A DNA stretch of 64,000 nt from Podarcis erhardii (lineage: Eukaryota), in assembly GCA_964252035.1 (NCBI GenBank), contig OZ176205.1; one strand, given 5' to 3'. The position numbers were made by a program, and so were the translations under genes. Under the pieces are notes generated by a model. It was not told where the DNA came from, made no database searches, and was given only the letters and a program-made list of their open reading frames with translations. Below, one piece after another: positions 48,536 through 59,800 of the stretch. The number at the start of each line of letters is the position of its first letter. Position 1 is the first letter of the stretch.

Positions 48536-49914
48536 CAAGAACTGACTTAGTTGGTCTTTAAGGTGCTACTGGAAGGAATTTGTTTTGTTTCTTCATTGTA
48601 GAGTTTGCATTATCATTGTGTGTAGCTATAATGCACCTGGAAAGAATGACTGAACTTTAATGGTCTCAATGATTATGGAAAGAATAGGTGATGACGCAGG
48701 CTTCCCCTTTGAAATATCCACATACAGGAAAGCAAGGCCAGTAATCAAAGTTGAGCAGGGGAGGAGAAAGCTTCCTTGGCTTTCAAGGCCAAACCTGAGT
48801 GAAATATTCCCTGCCACTTCATATCCCACTGACCAAGATAAATGCAATTGTACCTGAGGAACTCTACGTTTTGTACTTTAGTTTTGGCTCAGCTAGGATA
48901 GGTCAAGCAGCTGCTGCAGAGCAAAACAATGTCTCTCCTAGGAGAGCTTGAACAGGAGCAAAAGAATCTTGGCAGGAGAGGGAGGGCCAAGCCACCAGAA
49001 CAATCAACAATGCTCTGGAGTTCCATTGATTTCGATTACGGAAGCTTGGAAAGATCAAAGTTCAGGTCAAGAATGGAGGAACCATTGTCTCAGTTCCCCA
49101 TTATGACCAGACATCTTGCATTTCCTTGAGCAAATCCTTTTCTGAGGACTGGCTTACATACTAATTTCCACTTTGGTCATTTCTGTGTCTGTGAAGTGGC
49201 AGTACATCATACATAACAGATAACAGGTATTGACATAGTTTTGATCTCTGAGTGCCTGACCCTAGGGTGGCTAGGGCGGGGTGCCCTCAGTAGGCTCCCC
49301 CCACAACTAACTTGTGGGTGGGCAGCGATCATAATACCAGGCAGCTCCCTGTCTCCCAGAGGGAGCCTCTGAAACTGATTCAGTGATGTCAGCCAGTTTG
49401 GGATAATTTAAATGGTCTGATAGGTTTGATCAGGGTCTTCTATTTTTTAACTTGATGAGGTCTGGGCTGTCCAACTATTCCCAGGTCTCCGTGCTATGAA
49501 TTGTCCTTCCAATGGCTGTTTCCTTGGCTTTTGCTTACTAGTTGGGTTTGTTTCTCACCTGGAGAGGGATGAGAATTTAGTTCTGTCAGCATTGTAAAGC
49601 TAATCAGCCTCATTTTAAGCTAAGGACAATACACGGATCAAAATATGATTATACATAAGTGTCCATGTACAGGCAAGTATCAGCATTTACATCATGGGCC
49701 CAGGTGCTCATTTGAGTGTGTGAGTATGATTCTGCACTTGCTCAAATTTTGGTGTATGATTCCCTGCCCAAAAAATGCGCCGCAAAATGCACACCAATTT
49801 AGGATACAATACATTTAGAAATGTGTACATTGAGAGAAAACACATTGTATTTTGTGATAAAACAAGTAACTGTATATGGATTTTCACTTGGGTTTTAAAT
49901 GCAAAAGAGACACA

Positions 49915-50044
49915 ATAATAGCATCAAAGAATTATAGAGCTGGAAGGGGCAATAAGGGTCATCTAGTCTAAGCCCCTGCAATGCAGGAATCATTTTGCCC
50001 AACGTAGGGCTCAAACCCAGGACCATGAGATTAAGAGTCTCATG
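49915..50044 (-). mobile_element. tRNA-Lys(CTT)-derived SINE with a CR1-like tail, 5' truncated
   Basis: The reverse complement of 49997-50044 (CATGAGACTCTTAATCTCATGGTCCTGGGTTTGAGCCCTACGTTGGGC) differs at about 4 of 48 positions from the 3' two-thirds of tRNA-Lys-CTT and is followed by a CR1 3' motif. It is not a functional tRNA because the 5' part is missing. Confidence 0.7.
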
Positions 50045-50054
50045 GTATAAAAGT

Positions 50055-50150
50055 ACTATAGAATCTTAGAGTTGGAAGGGACCCAAGGGTCATCTAGTCC
50101 AACCTCCTGCAATGCAGGAATCTCAGCTGAAGCATCCATGACAGATGGCC
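50055..50150 (-). mobile_element. CR1 3' end
   Basis: atagaatcttagagttggaagggacccaagggtcatctagtccaacc...cagctgaagcatccatgacagatggcca. Confidence 0.78.
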
Positions 50151-50643
50151 ATATAAACAAACAAATAAGTAAATACATCTCTCTCACAAATCATCAAAAA
50201 TATTATTATTTACACTGGCAAAGATATCCACACTTTGATGTGAAACTTCATTCATTTATCTATGGCACTCCAAGCCATTGTCTGTATGAGGTAAGAAAGG
50301 GGACATAATCTGTATCTTAAAGCTTTTTAAAAACCATCCCCATGTAACCTTTTATACCCTTGAAAAGAAGCAGGCACAATATGCCTTTGTCAGAAATATC
50401 AAGACTCATAGAAGCAGATGGACACTTGAAACAATTCCCTCAGTAGAATGTTTGCAGCTGTCATTGGGAGGTTCTGCCCTGTGCACCTAGATACTCCCTG
50501 TTAAGCCATTAAGTGGGAGAACCACTAAAATTGGTACTTAGCCATCACCACCATCCTGGACAATAAGCAGCTGCAGCAGCAAAGTATATGTTGGATGAAG
50601 CATGGAATCTTTGGTATCTGGCTCAGCAACTGAAGCCACCTAC

Positions 50644-50686
50644 CAGGAGGAGACTCATCAGAAGGTCGATTCCTTCTGTGTCCAGT
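50644..50686 (-). CDS. CDK18: CDK18 exon 13, 43 nt
   Basis: ctcttgcag|...CTG|GTAGGT; (R)LDTEGIDLLMSLLL. Confidence 0.93.
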
Positions 50687-50881
50687 CTGCAAGAGAAGAA
50701 AGGAGCTTGGGAGGCAATTGGCTATTGTCAAGGGCAGTACACTTGGGACACGTGTACACCAGAACATATGAAGAAAAGCTGTGGAACGTCTAGAAAATAC
50801 TAGTCCACAGCTGGCAATTTAAGTTCTTTCCTGGGGAAGAGGCAACTCAACAAGTTGGACATAGATGCTGCTTGCAGAATG

Positions 50882-50902
50882 CTGATGCCACCTAGTGGCA
50901 GC
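50882..50902 (-). promoter_or_regulatory. CTCF-like motif in CDK18 intron 12
   Basis: The minus strand ctgCCACTAGGTGGCAtca fits the CCASYAGRKGGCR core. Confidence 0.5.
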
Positions 50903-51211
50903 CCCAGAAAGACCAAAACAAAGAAGGATGCAGGCAAAGATTTCATGGACCTCCCCACTTCCCTAAAATAAAGAAGATGGGGATGGTGTATACTGAGAAA
51001 AAGAAGAACTGTTGATCATATGTTGATCGTAATGCAGATTATTGATATACTATTCCACACAATTAACAGAGATTGTTCAGTCACCCTTGCTTGTTTTGTG
51101 TGCATGTTTATCCAGTGAAAAACAAGAACTGGTGCTTTCCTTCCCCTAGTATTTTCCAGCAGCAGAAGCCCATTAAGAAGTCTGTCCTGCCTTTTAAGGC
51201 CATTGTCCTAC

Positions 51212-51317
51212 CTTGGTGCATGGTTTATCAATGGCTGGGCTCGATACTGTGTGAAATTATATGCCTTGAATTCCTCATTGGATGTGATGCCCGGCCAAGA
51301 TTCTTCTGTAGGGGTTC
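51212..51317 (-). CDS. CDK18: CDK18 exon 12, 106 nt
   Basis: ttcctgcag|...AG|GTAGGA; (G)[34 protein letters not shown](R). Confidence 0.95.
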
Positions 51318-52079
51318 CTGCAGGAAATAGGCTTAGTTGCACATTTACTGTATCCACATGGAGCATTGCACAAGATGGAATCCAATATCTGGCATTTAGA
51401 ATTTAGAATCATGAAAAACTCAACTTTAGCTGAACACAGAGGGAGGGAAATCCATCCACCCACAGACACAAAGCCCTTTTCACGGTAGAAGAACACTGAG
51501 AAACACACTTGCTGTTAAAAGACTCAGAAACCAAATGGAGTGTTGGGCTGTTAGAACACAGGAGGATGCCTGATGCTGAGTCACTGAGCTTATTTAGCCC
51601 ACTGTTGTATAATCTGACTGGGCTTCTCTAGCCCTGCTGTCTCAGACCCTTTTAAACTGAAAATGATGGGTAAGAAACTTGAGACTTTGGGCATTTATAC
51701 CCCACCTTTCCTAGGAGCTAAAGGTGTTTCACACACTTCTCTCCCTCCACATTTTATCACCAGGACAACCTTGTGAGGTGATTTGACCAAGGTCATCCAG
51801 TGAGCTTCATGGCTGAGTGGAAATCTGAACCCTGGTCTCCCTGGATGTGCTCTTAAACGAAATCAGAACAAAACAAAATAAAACATTGGATGCATATTTA
51901 AATTATGAAAACATCATTGACAGAGATTTGTTTTGGGGGCTGTGCATTCTTTCACCAGCCAAATAACCCTGCTAGTTCACACGTAGCTGTAAAAGGCTAC
52001 AGTTTTTTTTGTACTCTTCTATTCATTCCACCCTCCTCACCAGTCCACATCAAGAAATAGAGAATTACAAAGGACTCAC

Positions 52080-52177
52080 CCAATGTCCTGAATATTAAAT
52101 GCAGCTCTTCTTTCACGGTCGATCCTGGAAACATGGGGCGTCCTGTGACCATTTCATAGTGTATGCAACCCACACCC
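52080..52177 (-). CDS. CDK18: CDK18 exon 11, 98 nt
   Basis: tgtggtag|...G|GTGAGT; (W)[32 protein letters not shown](G). Confidence 0.96.
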
Positions 52178-52698
52178 CTACCACAGACCAAAAAGAGATA
52201 CAAGAACATGAAGCAATCAGGTCCTTCAGAACATCCTATTCTCTGCCAAGTTTTCCTCTCATTGCTTCAGTCTCTGCAGAAAAAGCAGGAGGACCACTAA
52301 GATGTTTTGTAGAAGACAATATGAGAGGCAGGAACTGTTTCTTCCCCCCATCACCTTTCCCACTAAACTAATCAGTAGAGAAAAGAAGGACTTCAGGAAC
52401 ATGAAGGAACAAGCCATGAGAAACTGTCTGTAACTGGGATGGAGAACCTATAGCTCTCTAAATGATACTGGAGACCAACTCCCACCAGACCCAGCCAGCA
52501 TGGCCAATGGTCAGGAATGATGAGTGCTGGCATCCAGCCAAACATCTGTAAAGTACCAGGTCCCACATTCCTCCTGAATAGTGTTAAACACTGAAAAGGC
52601 TCTGGAAGCAATATGGAGAAGGCAAACTGGGAGAAAAAAGTCACAATGGAGAGAATTATTGTACCCACCCTTTCCCAAACACAGACCCCTTGGCTCAC

Positions 52699-52819
52699 CA
52701 CATGTCAATGGGAGTGGAGTATTCTGTGGATCCTAGTAGGACATCAGGAGGCCGATACCACAATGTGACCACTTCATTGGAATATGTTTTTGTTGGGACA
52801 GATTTGGCTCTGGCTAGAC
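52699..52819 (-). CDS. CDK18: CDK18 exon 10, 121 nt (activation segment)
   Basis: cccttag|...TG|GTGAGC; (G)[39 protein letters not shown](W). Confidence 0.97.
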
Positions 52820-53368
52820 CTAAGGGTGGAAGGGAAGTCAGTGAGATGCAATCCTGTGGTTTGCGACTACCAGTTTCATCCTAACAGTATGTGTGAGGGA
52901 CAGTGAGTCCCCAGAAAAGGCGTGGGCTTTAGCAGGTACCACACTATCTACCATGATTCCAACAGTGGCCCTAGAGAGTGGCTGGGAGTATTTTATTAAA
53001 GAATCAAGAGAAAAATACAATGGGCTGAGCTCGGAAAAATCAATTTCGTGATTGCTGAGCAGGCATTGCATAATTGTATAACCTATAAGAGCAATAATGG
53101 AAATTGTTCCTTGGATTTGGAAAGTAAACACAGCAGTCCAACAGGATTCATGGAGCATCACAAATTGCAATGCTTTGCTAATGTTGGTCATATATTCCAC
53201 AAGCGCTGTTGAGAGCTGCACAGAGGGGCAAAGCATGAAGGATCAGAATATTTGGAAAACAAGTTGCCAGTAGCACAATCCTAGACAAGTCTAATAAAAA
53301 GGGGGTCTCACTGAGTTGAGCTGAGCTTACGCTGAGGTGACTATGTATAGGATTGCAGCCTAAAGATG

Positions 53369-53374
<6 letters not shown>

Positions 53375-53409
<35 letters not shown>
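53375..53409. repeat. (GT)n microsatellite
   Basis: Direct reading. Confidence 0.97.
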
Positions 53410-53410
<1 letters not shown>

Positions 53411-53820
53411 AGTTTCATATGGTTTCTAAGCCATAATGTATAAAGCACCACATGAACAAATAATTGAAAGTCTGTGTTTGGCAAACATCTTCACTCCATT
53501 TAAAACTTGTTGCATGTAAATTAGAAGTGGGGTGGGGGGCAGTAGTGGTAGAAGTCCCCCAATATAATTTCCCCACAATCTGAAAATGTAGGAGCACCTA
53601 AGCCAGGGATAGGGAACTTGGTGTCCTCCAGAGGTTGCCGAATCACAGCTCCCTTCCTCCCAAGACCATTGGCCATGCTGGCTGGGGCAGATGGAAGCTG
53701 CAGTCCAAAAACATCTGGCAGGCCACAGGTTGGTCCTTCTCCTCCCTGACATAGTACCCTCCTATTCAAAACAGAGCTGAAATTTGTGCTGGCATTTCCC
53801 CAGCTTACCTCCTAACTTAC

Positions 53821-53944
53821 CAAAATCTGCAAGTTTCAGTTCCCCTTTCCCATTAATGAGCAGATTCTGTGGTTTGAGATCTCTGTGTAGGATCTTAAGC
53901 TGGTGGCAGTAGGACAAACCACGCAGCAGCTGGAACATGAAGAT
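53821..53944 (-). CDS. CDK18: CDK18 exon 9, 124 nt (HRD, DFG)
   Basis: ttccaag|...G|GTAAGT; [41 protein letters not shown](G). Confidence 0.97.
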
Positions 53945-54778
53945 CTTGGAACCACAGTGAAAGAAGAGGGGAGAGAAAGCAGTTAGAGATACTTTAATGG
54001 TAGACTCTGCTCTGTGGGGAATTAAGGCATGAGATACCATTCCTGAAAGAGATGGAAAATCCTCTAACTTGGCAGTGGGGGAACCTGCATAATTTGGCCC
54101 ACCAGACCTCCAGTCTCAGAGCTGGCTCACCCATGAGGCTAGGTGAGGCAGCCACCTCAGGCAGCATCCCTCTTGGGGTGTCACCCTTGTTCTGCTGCCT
54201 CTAGGGGCCAAGAAGGACTAGTGGCAAAGCTCTGTGGAATGCCTCCCCTCCTGCTGAGTCAGTGAGAGGGGAAGTGTTCTGCCACTCAGCTTTGCCACCT
54301 GGTTGGGGGGGCTTTGCACCAGCTTCTGCTTAAGGGAGGAGGGGATCTGGAAAGGACCTGGCAGTGGAGATTCATTATGGAGCATGCACACGCCCCCCAT
54401 CATGGGGGTGACAGCAGGGCGTTTCACTGGAGGTGCCGAAACACCTTGGGCTGTCCGAGTCTGGTCTAGCCCACAAGGACATTCTGGGCAAGTCACACAC
54501 ACCTGCCACTCAACTGCCATCAGGTGTGGGACAGGTAAAGCTGTGACTACAGAGGAACAAGCAGAAACACATCCTCAATTGTGTACCCTCAATTGTTCCT
54601 TTCCTGCGCCTGACATAGGTCACCATGTGACTAAAGGGTGGGCAACCCTGCCCACTTACCAATGGGGCCCATGAGGGGTTGGCACTTCAAGGGGATTCCT
54701 ACCCCTGCTCTGACTTGAGAGCCTACCAATCATTTTACAGAAGAGGAAGCCCTGCACCCATCCACCCTGTTCACTCAC

Positions 54779-54841
54779 CTTCACATTGTGCATGCTCATC
54801 AGATTCCCACAGTTATCCAGGTACTGCTTCAGGTCACTGTC
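54779..54841 (-). CDS. CDK18: CDK18 exon 8, 63 nt
   Basis: tttgcag|...AAG|GTGAGT; DSDLKQYLDNCGNLMSMHNVK. Confidence 0.96.
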
Positions 54842-55489
54842 CTGCAAAGACAAGCATGTCCTGAGAGGCCCCAGTTGCCTTGAAGACCAAGGCCCCCGAA
54901 GTGACCAAACATGTAGTGGCAACAAAAAAATGCAAGTCAAATAGTATTTCCCAGCAGTTTTGAAGCAGGGTGGACGCTCGAAGTGAACTGTCTCCTCTGG
55001 CTCATACACAGATCAAAACTACACAACCTTTCCAGATGTATCTGTTTTATTCTATGAATGCATACTAGTAGATTGCTACAGCAAGAGATTCGAAGTCACT
55101 ATCCTAATCAACATAGCTAGGTCAGATTCAGTCCAAGTATTTTGTCCCTTAACTGGCACGTATGTTGTGGAGAATTTCCAGGTTTCCTGAACTCAAACCA
55201 CATTTTGTTCTGAGAAAACACACACACTTTTCTATTGCAAGTTAAGGAAAATCCTCTTCACACCTAGCTAGGGGCAAGCCCCACCAAATCCAATGGGACC
55301 TGCATGGTGTTCCACCTGGAATATTGGTAAGCAATTGTGGCCGCAGAACATTTTTTTTTTTTAACCAGTGTGTTACATGGAGACCACATTTTCTGCAAGA
55401 TGCTGCTGTTGGGGGGCGGGGAACCTTCAGACTAACCAATGACCCTGAACATAGGAGGCTGCCTTTTACCTTTGGTCAAACTATCTCAG

Positions 55490-55630
55490 TACTGCCTGCA
55501 TTGACTGGCAGCAGCTCCCCAGGGTTTCAAGTTAAGGAGATACCTGGCCCTACCTGGAGATGCCAGAAATAGAACCTGTGATCTTCTGCATGTGAACCAG
55601 ATGCTCTACCACTGAACTACAGCCCTTCCC
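55490..55630 (-). mobile_element. Squam3-type tRNA-derived SINE (other copies at about 14975-15105, 18460-18630 and 44006-44140)
   Basis: The reverse reads gggctgtagttcagtggtagagcatctggttcacatgcagaagatcacaggttcta...tctccaggtagggccagg...gagctgctgccagtca. Confidence 0.72.
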
Positions 55631-55709
55631 TTACTGCCCAAATAACACTTGCGCTGCAGACAAGCCTGGACCAGCCAGCCTCTCCGTAAGACAGAAGGTC
55701 CTGACTCAC

Positions 55710-55804
55710 CAGAAACTCAAAGACAAGAGTTAGGGAGCATTTCGTGTGAATGATATCATGGAGGGTCACAATGTTCGCATGCTTGAGGTTCTTCAGCAAG
55801 GAAA
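55710..55804 (-). CDS. CDK18: CDK18 exon 7, 95 nt
   Basis: ttgcag|...|GTGAGT; (V)[31 protein letters not shown]. Confidence 0.96.
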
Positions 55805-56326
55805 CTGCAAGGCAGAGAGACATCAGTCACAAGGGTGTGTGGGTGGGGTGTACACCATGCGCTAAAATCTCAGGCCTGGGGACTGAAGGCAGACTACTAG
55901 GCCTCTCTCTGTGGCCCTCAAGCCTCCCCTCAGGCCACAACTCCCTAGCCAGACCCCACTCCAGCCCTGTTTCTCACACTCAGTGAGTGTGTCTGTCTGC
56001 CTGGAATGTGCCCTTGAACTCTGATAATGTTTCTTGCTTGCCTGGATGGAGGGCGGGGGTCTGTGAGTGTGGGTAGAAAGTACCCTATTGTGCAAGGTAA
56101 AATTTACATTTGTTACCTCACCCACTCTGGCATCTGGCTTAGGCACCCCCCCCGGCATGTGGCCCCCACTGTCAGTATTTCCATTGCTACTATTGCAGGT
56201 TCACATGATCGGATGTTTCCATTCCTTATCATGTTTGTGTATAAGCAAGGCAAGTGTGTGTGGAAATAGCATTGCCTGATGTTTCTCCGTATGTTTACAT
56301 TTTGGAAAATGAACCCTGCTCCTCAC

Positions 56327-56441
56327 CTTCCCGTATAGCTGTGCAGGGGGCCCCTTCCTCGTGCTCTAATCGGATCTCCTTCAGGGCAACCAAGTTTTTG
56401 GTGAGCTTGCTGCGCCCTTTAAAGACAGTGGCATAGGTGCC
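56327..56441 (-). CDS. CDK18: CDK18 exon 6, 115 nt (Gly-loop, VALK lysine, PCTAIRE helix)
   Basis: ctctcag|...G|GTGAGG; [38 protein letters not shown]. Confidence 0.97.
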
Positions 56442-57176
56442 CTGAGAGGAAGAAGCCAAGAAAAGTAAGCAGCTCACTAACAAACCCCACAACAAACCCC
56501 ACTCATTACTCCCTACATAAAACAGCATTATTCTGGTTCTGTTGAACTAGATTAGATCTCTGTAGCACCCCTGCTTAATTTGGATTAAAAATGACTCCTT
56601 TGCAGTCTTCTTCCAAACAATAATCTTCAGATGGGCTTCATCTGATTTAAAACTTTGTCTCTTTTGGGTTGTCAAACTAGATTTATTTCTTGTCATGCTT
56701 CTTTGAGAAGCATTTGCTGGTAAATATATGCTTAATAATCTGCATCAAATGATCTGAAATTAGTTTTAAAAAAGAAGAGGTTTATTTCAGCACGGAGGAA
56801 GCATTCATCCTAGTCCGTATTATAGGACACTGAACAGAACCAAATTGTTTCCTTATGCTGTTGATCCCTTGCAAAACTTTTAAAAAATTCTATTCACAAC
56901 TCAAGGAGCAAGTTTAAATGCAGGTAAGGAACCTGGTGTCTCTCCTGATATTATTGGACTCCAACTCCCATCAGCCTCAGCAAGCAAGGTCAAGGTTCAG
57001 GGATGATAGGAGTCAAGGCCCAGGAACATCTGGAGAGCAAAAGGTCCCCTAGCTCCATTTTAAATCTATAAAGCCCTTAACACATCAAGACTGGCTCCCA
57101 AAGTGGATGACAACAGTTAAAAATCTATCACAAAGACACAACATGAGAGTAGAATGATGACAGAACTTATTCTTAC

Positions 57177-57233
57177 CTCCCCTAGCTTCTCCAGTTTAAC
57201 ATAGGTTTCCATCTTTCCAAACCCAATGTCTGA
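57177..57233 (-). CDS. CDK18: CDK18 exon 5, 57 nt
   Basis: atgacag|...|GTAAGA; SDIGFGKMETYVKLEKLGE. Confidence 0.95.
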
Positions 57234-59674
57234 CTGTCATGAAAAAGGAAGAAGTGTCAATACAAAAGATCACATTCTCTTCCTTAGGAAACTTACTGAT
57301 GGTCACATTCGGCAAAGCAGTTCTTGCCTGCAATACATTTGGTGGAGAGGAAGGGGACAAAAAAATCAAGGCAGGTCCTTGAACACACAGTTAAACACCT
57401 TGTATGAGCTACTTTTTGCAAAAGTGAAATCATCGGCCAGTCACTGGGAACAGTCCTCCTCAGTTGTTACTCCTGGACACACAAGGACAAAAGTGTGGTG
57501 AGGGATGGGGGCAGAGAATGCACCATGGCCTTGTCCTCAACATTTCCTGGTGTCTCCCCCTACACTTCCAACCCTTGGTTGATTAGTGCAAATGTCTGAA
57601 GGAGGCTTGTATGTTTGTTTGCCTGAACAGGTTTACAAGCCTCCTTGTGACTAGGAATCCTGATAACCCAATCATGAGGAGACACCTAAACACATTCAGG
57701 CGAAATGTGCTCACAACCTCCCTTCAGCACAGTGGTTGGAGTGGAGTGGGCACACTGGAGACGTTGCAGGCAGGGTCAGCCTCCATCCCCTCTACACCCT
57801 TTTGCCCAGGGCTGAAGAGGGCTGGGGGTCTGAAGAAACCGAAGGATTCTTGCTTCTCTCCCCATAGTGCTGGTACATAATATATTCAGTGAAATCGCTT
57901 TCTTCACTTGGGGTGTGTTGCAAAAGGAAAACTTCCAATTGCTTTCATTTCTCACACTTCTCCATCAGTCTGCCAGATTGTTCTGTTCAGAGAGCTGTTT
58001 AAGCTGCCTAATTGGGTCTTCCCTTCCCATTATACAAGATTCCCTTGTGTAATGCCTTTCGATCCTGGCTCAGCATTGACCCGGGGTCAGGAGAACCAGG
58101 TCAATACCCCCAACCTCTTCCACCAACACCTCATATGGCCCTGAATAAGCAGTCAAATGTTGTTCACATCCCATGTACTCTATTCTTGCTGAATATCAAT
58201 AGGGCTAATAATGCCTCCTGTTAAACGTTGCATATTTGGCCTGCATTTTACTGTGTGAACATGGCGTTTGAATGTACATACCATTTGTAAACATGATGGA
58301 GTAACAGGATTAAACCTTCTGTGGTGATAAGAGGCTTTTCAAAGCAAGTATTAATGCTACTTAGGTCATGTCTTGCCTTTTAAGCATGATATTATTCAGC
58401 ACTAGGTGGTGGTAAAGAGACAGCCACCTTTGCAGAAAAGGACCCATGGGATTCAATAAATATTTCATTTGCAGCTCAATAGGGAAAACTTGTGAATGGG
58501 CTGCATCTGAAGCAATTTAGGATCATGAATTAATCAGCGGTTCTCGCTCAGTATTTCAGGTGTTTTCTTCAAGCTCAGCGCCTAAATACTGGGGGCAGGG
58601 AACGTGAACAAGATTCTAGCCATGGGATTTAGATCGATCGATCACACTGCAACTTAAAACACACAGCGGCTGTGAGTGTGGAAAGCAGAGAAAGAAAGCA
58701 ATTCAGGGGAGCTGCTTTTGCTAAAGAAACAGGGTGGTAAGCACGCTTTTAAAGTGTGTGCTTAAAGCGACACATAGCTTGTCCCTTTTCCTGGAATCAG
58801 CTACCAGTATTTCAACACAATGCACTTCTGACATACTTCTCTGGCACTCCTAAACACCTCCAAGTAATGCTTAGGACTGGGTTGCAATGCATTTTAGAAA
58901 CCTTGGAGATGTTACATGATCCCCACACAAAAAGCGCCCCTCTCCCTGCTTTTCTGCCTCCAGCTCAACAAGCTTCTTGGCCTGATCAGTTGCAGGTTTA
59001 AAATGAATCTTACAACTATGATTCCTGCTGGATCTAAAGGGTCAACCACACACAAACTCTGAAAACAGGTTGCAACCTGCACAGCCATAACCCAGGCAGG
59101 ACTGGCCAGAGGTGGAGTGAGGTGGAGAGGAAAAAAACCAAACGTTTTCCATATTTTAAGCAGGAATACTTCTATTTGTGTGTGAAAATGATAATAAGGC
59201 TGCAGACAAAGCAAAGAGGCTTTAACATGATCCAATGTTTCACAAAAGTAACAGCCCTACATTTGTGAGTTTCAAAGAAGCACACATTGTTAATTTATGA
59301 GGTTATTGATATTTATGGGACATTTGCTTCAGCTGCATATATTTTATTCAAGAGACAAACAACACTGCACAAGTAAATGGGAAGCCCTGAGATATAAGGT
59401 TTCGTTCTTCTTTCCTCCTTAGAGTTCTGAGTTCCAACCCCACCTCTTCTTGGGGGAAAATAAAGAGCTACTTGCTGGCCTTAGTTGCCCAGAGAAATTG
59501 GAATAATTGAACAGCACACATTTCCAATGCAGTTTCAGTACTGAAGTAGGTGTTTGCCCTGGTTTAGGCCCATCACACTTGAGCTGTTTCATATGTGCAA
59601 GTGCACGAGGGCAAAGTTCTGCTGCGTTGCATGAACTTGCATGTTCTGAACCCCTGTCAAATAGTGGGACTCAC

Positions 59675-59800
59675 AAGAGAAGCCCGTCGAGACATCCTGC
59701 TAAGAGGCTTTGAAATCTCTGGACTTTCCATCTCTAGTTTCTGGAGGAACTCTGGGGGAAGGCGAATATCCATGGGCAGAGAGAGGCGCTTGCTGACGTC
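59675..59800 (-). CDS. CDK18: CDK18 exon 4, 126 nt
   Basis: ttctccacag|...|GTGAGT; [42 protein letters not shown]. Confidence 0.96.

Larger units (their letters stand above)
48009..48590. mobile_element. Penelope-like retroelement (PLE) insertion: two pseudo-LTR copies in inverted orientation, with TSD
   Basis: Arms 48046-48311 and 48325-48590 are exact reverse complements (266 bp) around a 13-nt spacer. They contain the gtagccgtgttggtct...gcaccttaaagac...agctttcgtg...cacttcttcag motif typical of reptile PLE termini. Direct repeat cttcattgtaga at 47997-48008 and 48591-48602. Confidence 0.88.

Noticed and set aside
49250-49565. Possible LTR or DIRS-like repeat fragment in intron 13
   Set aside because: No ORF, TIR, TG...CA ends or TSD could be established from the sequence alone.
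49997-50044. tRNA-Lys gene
   Set aside because: The 5' acceptor and D-arm are missing, T-arm bases are mutated and it is fused to a CR1 tail, so it is a SINE head.
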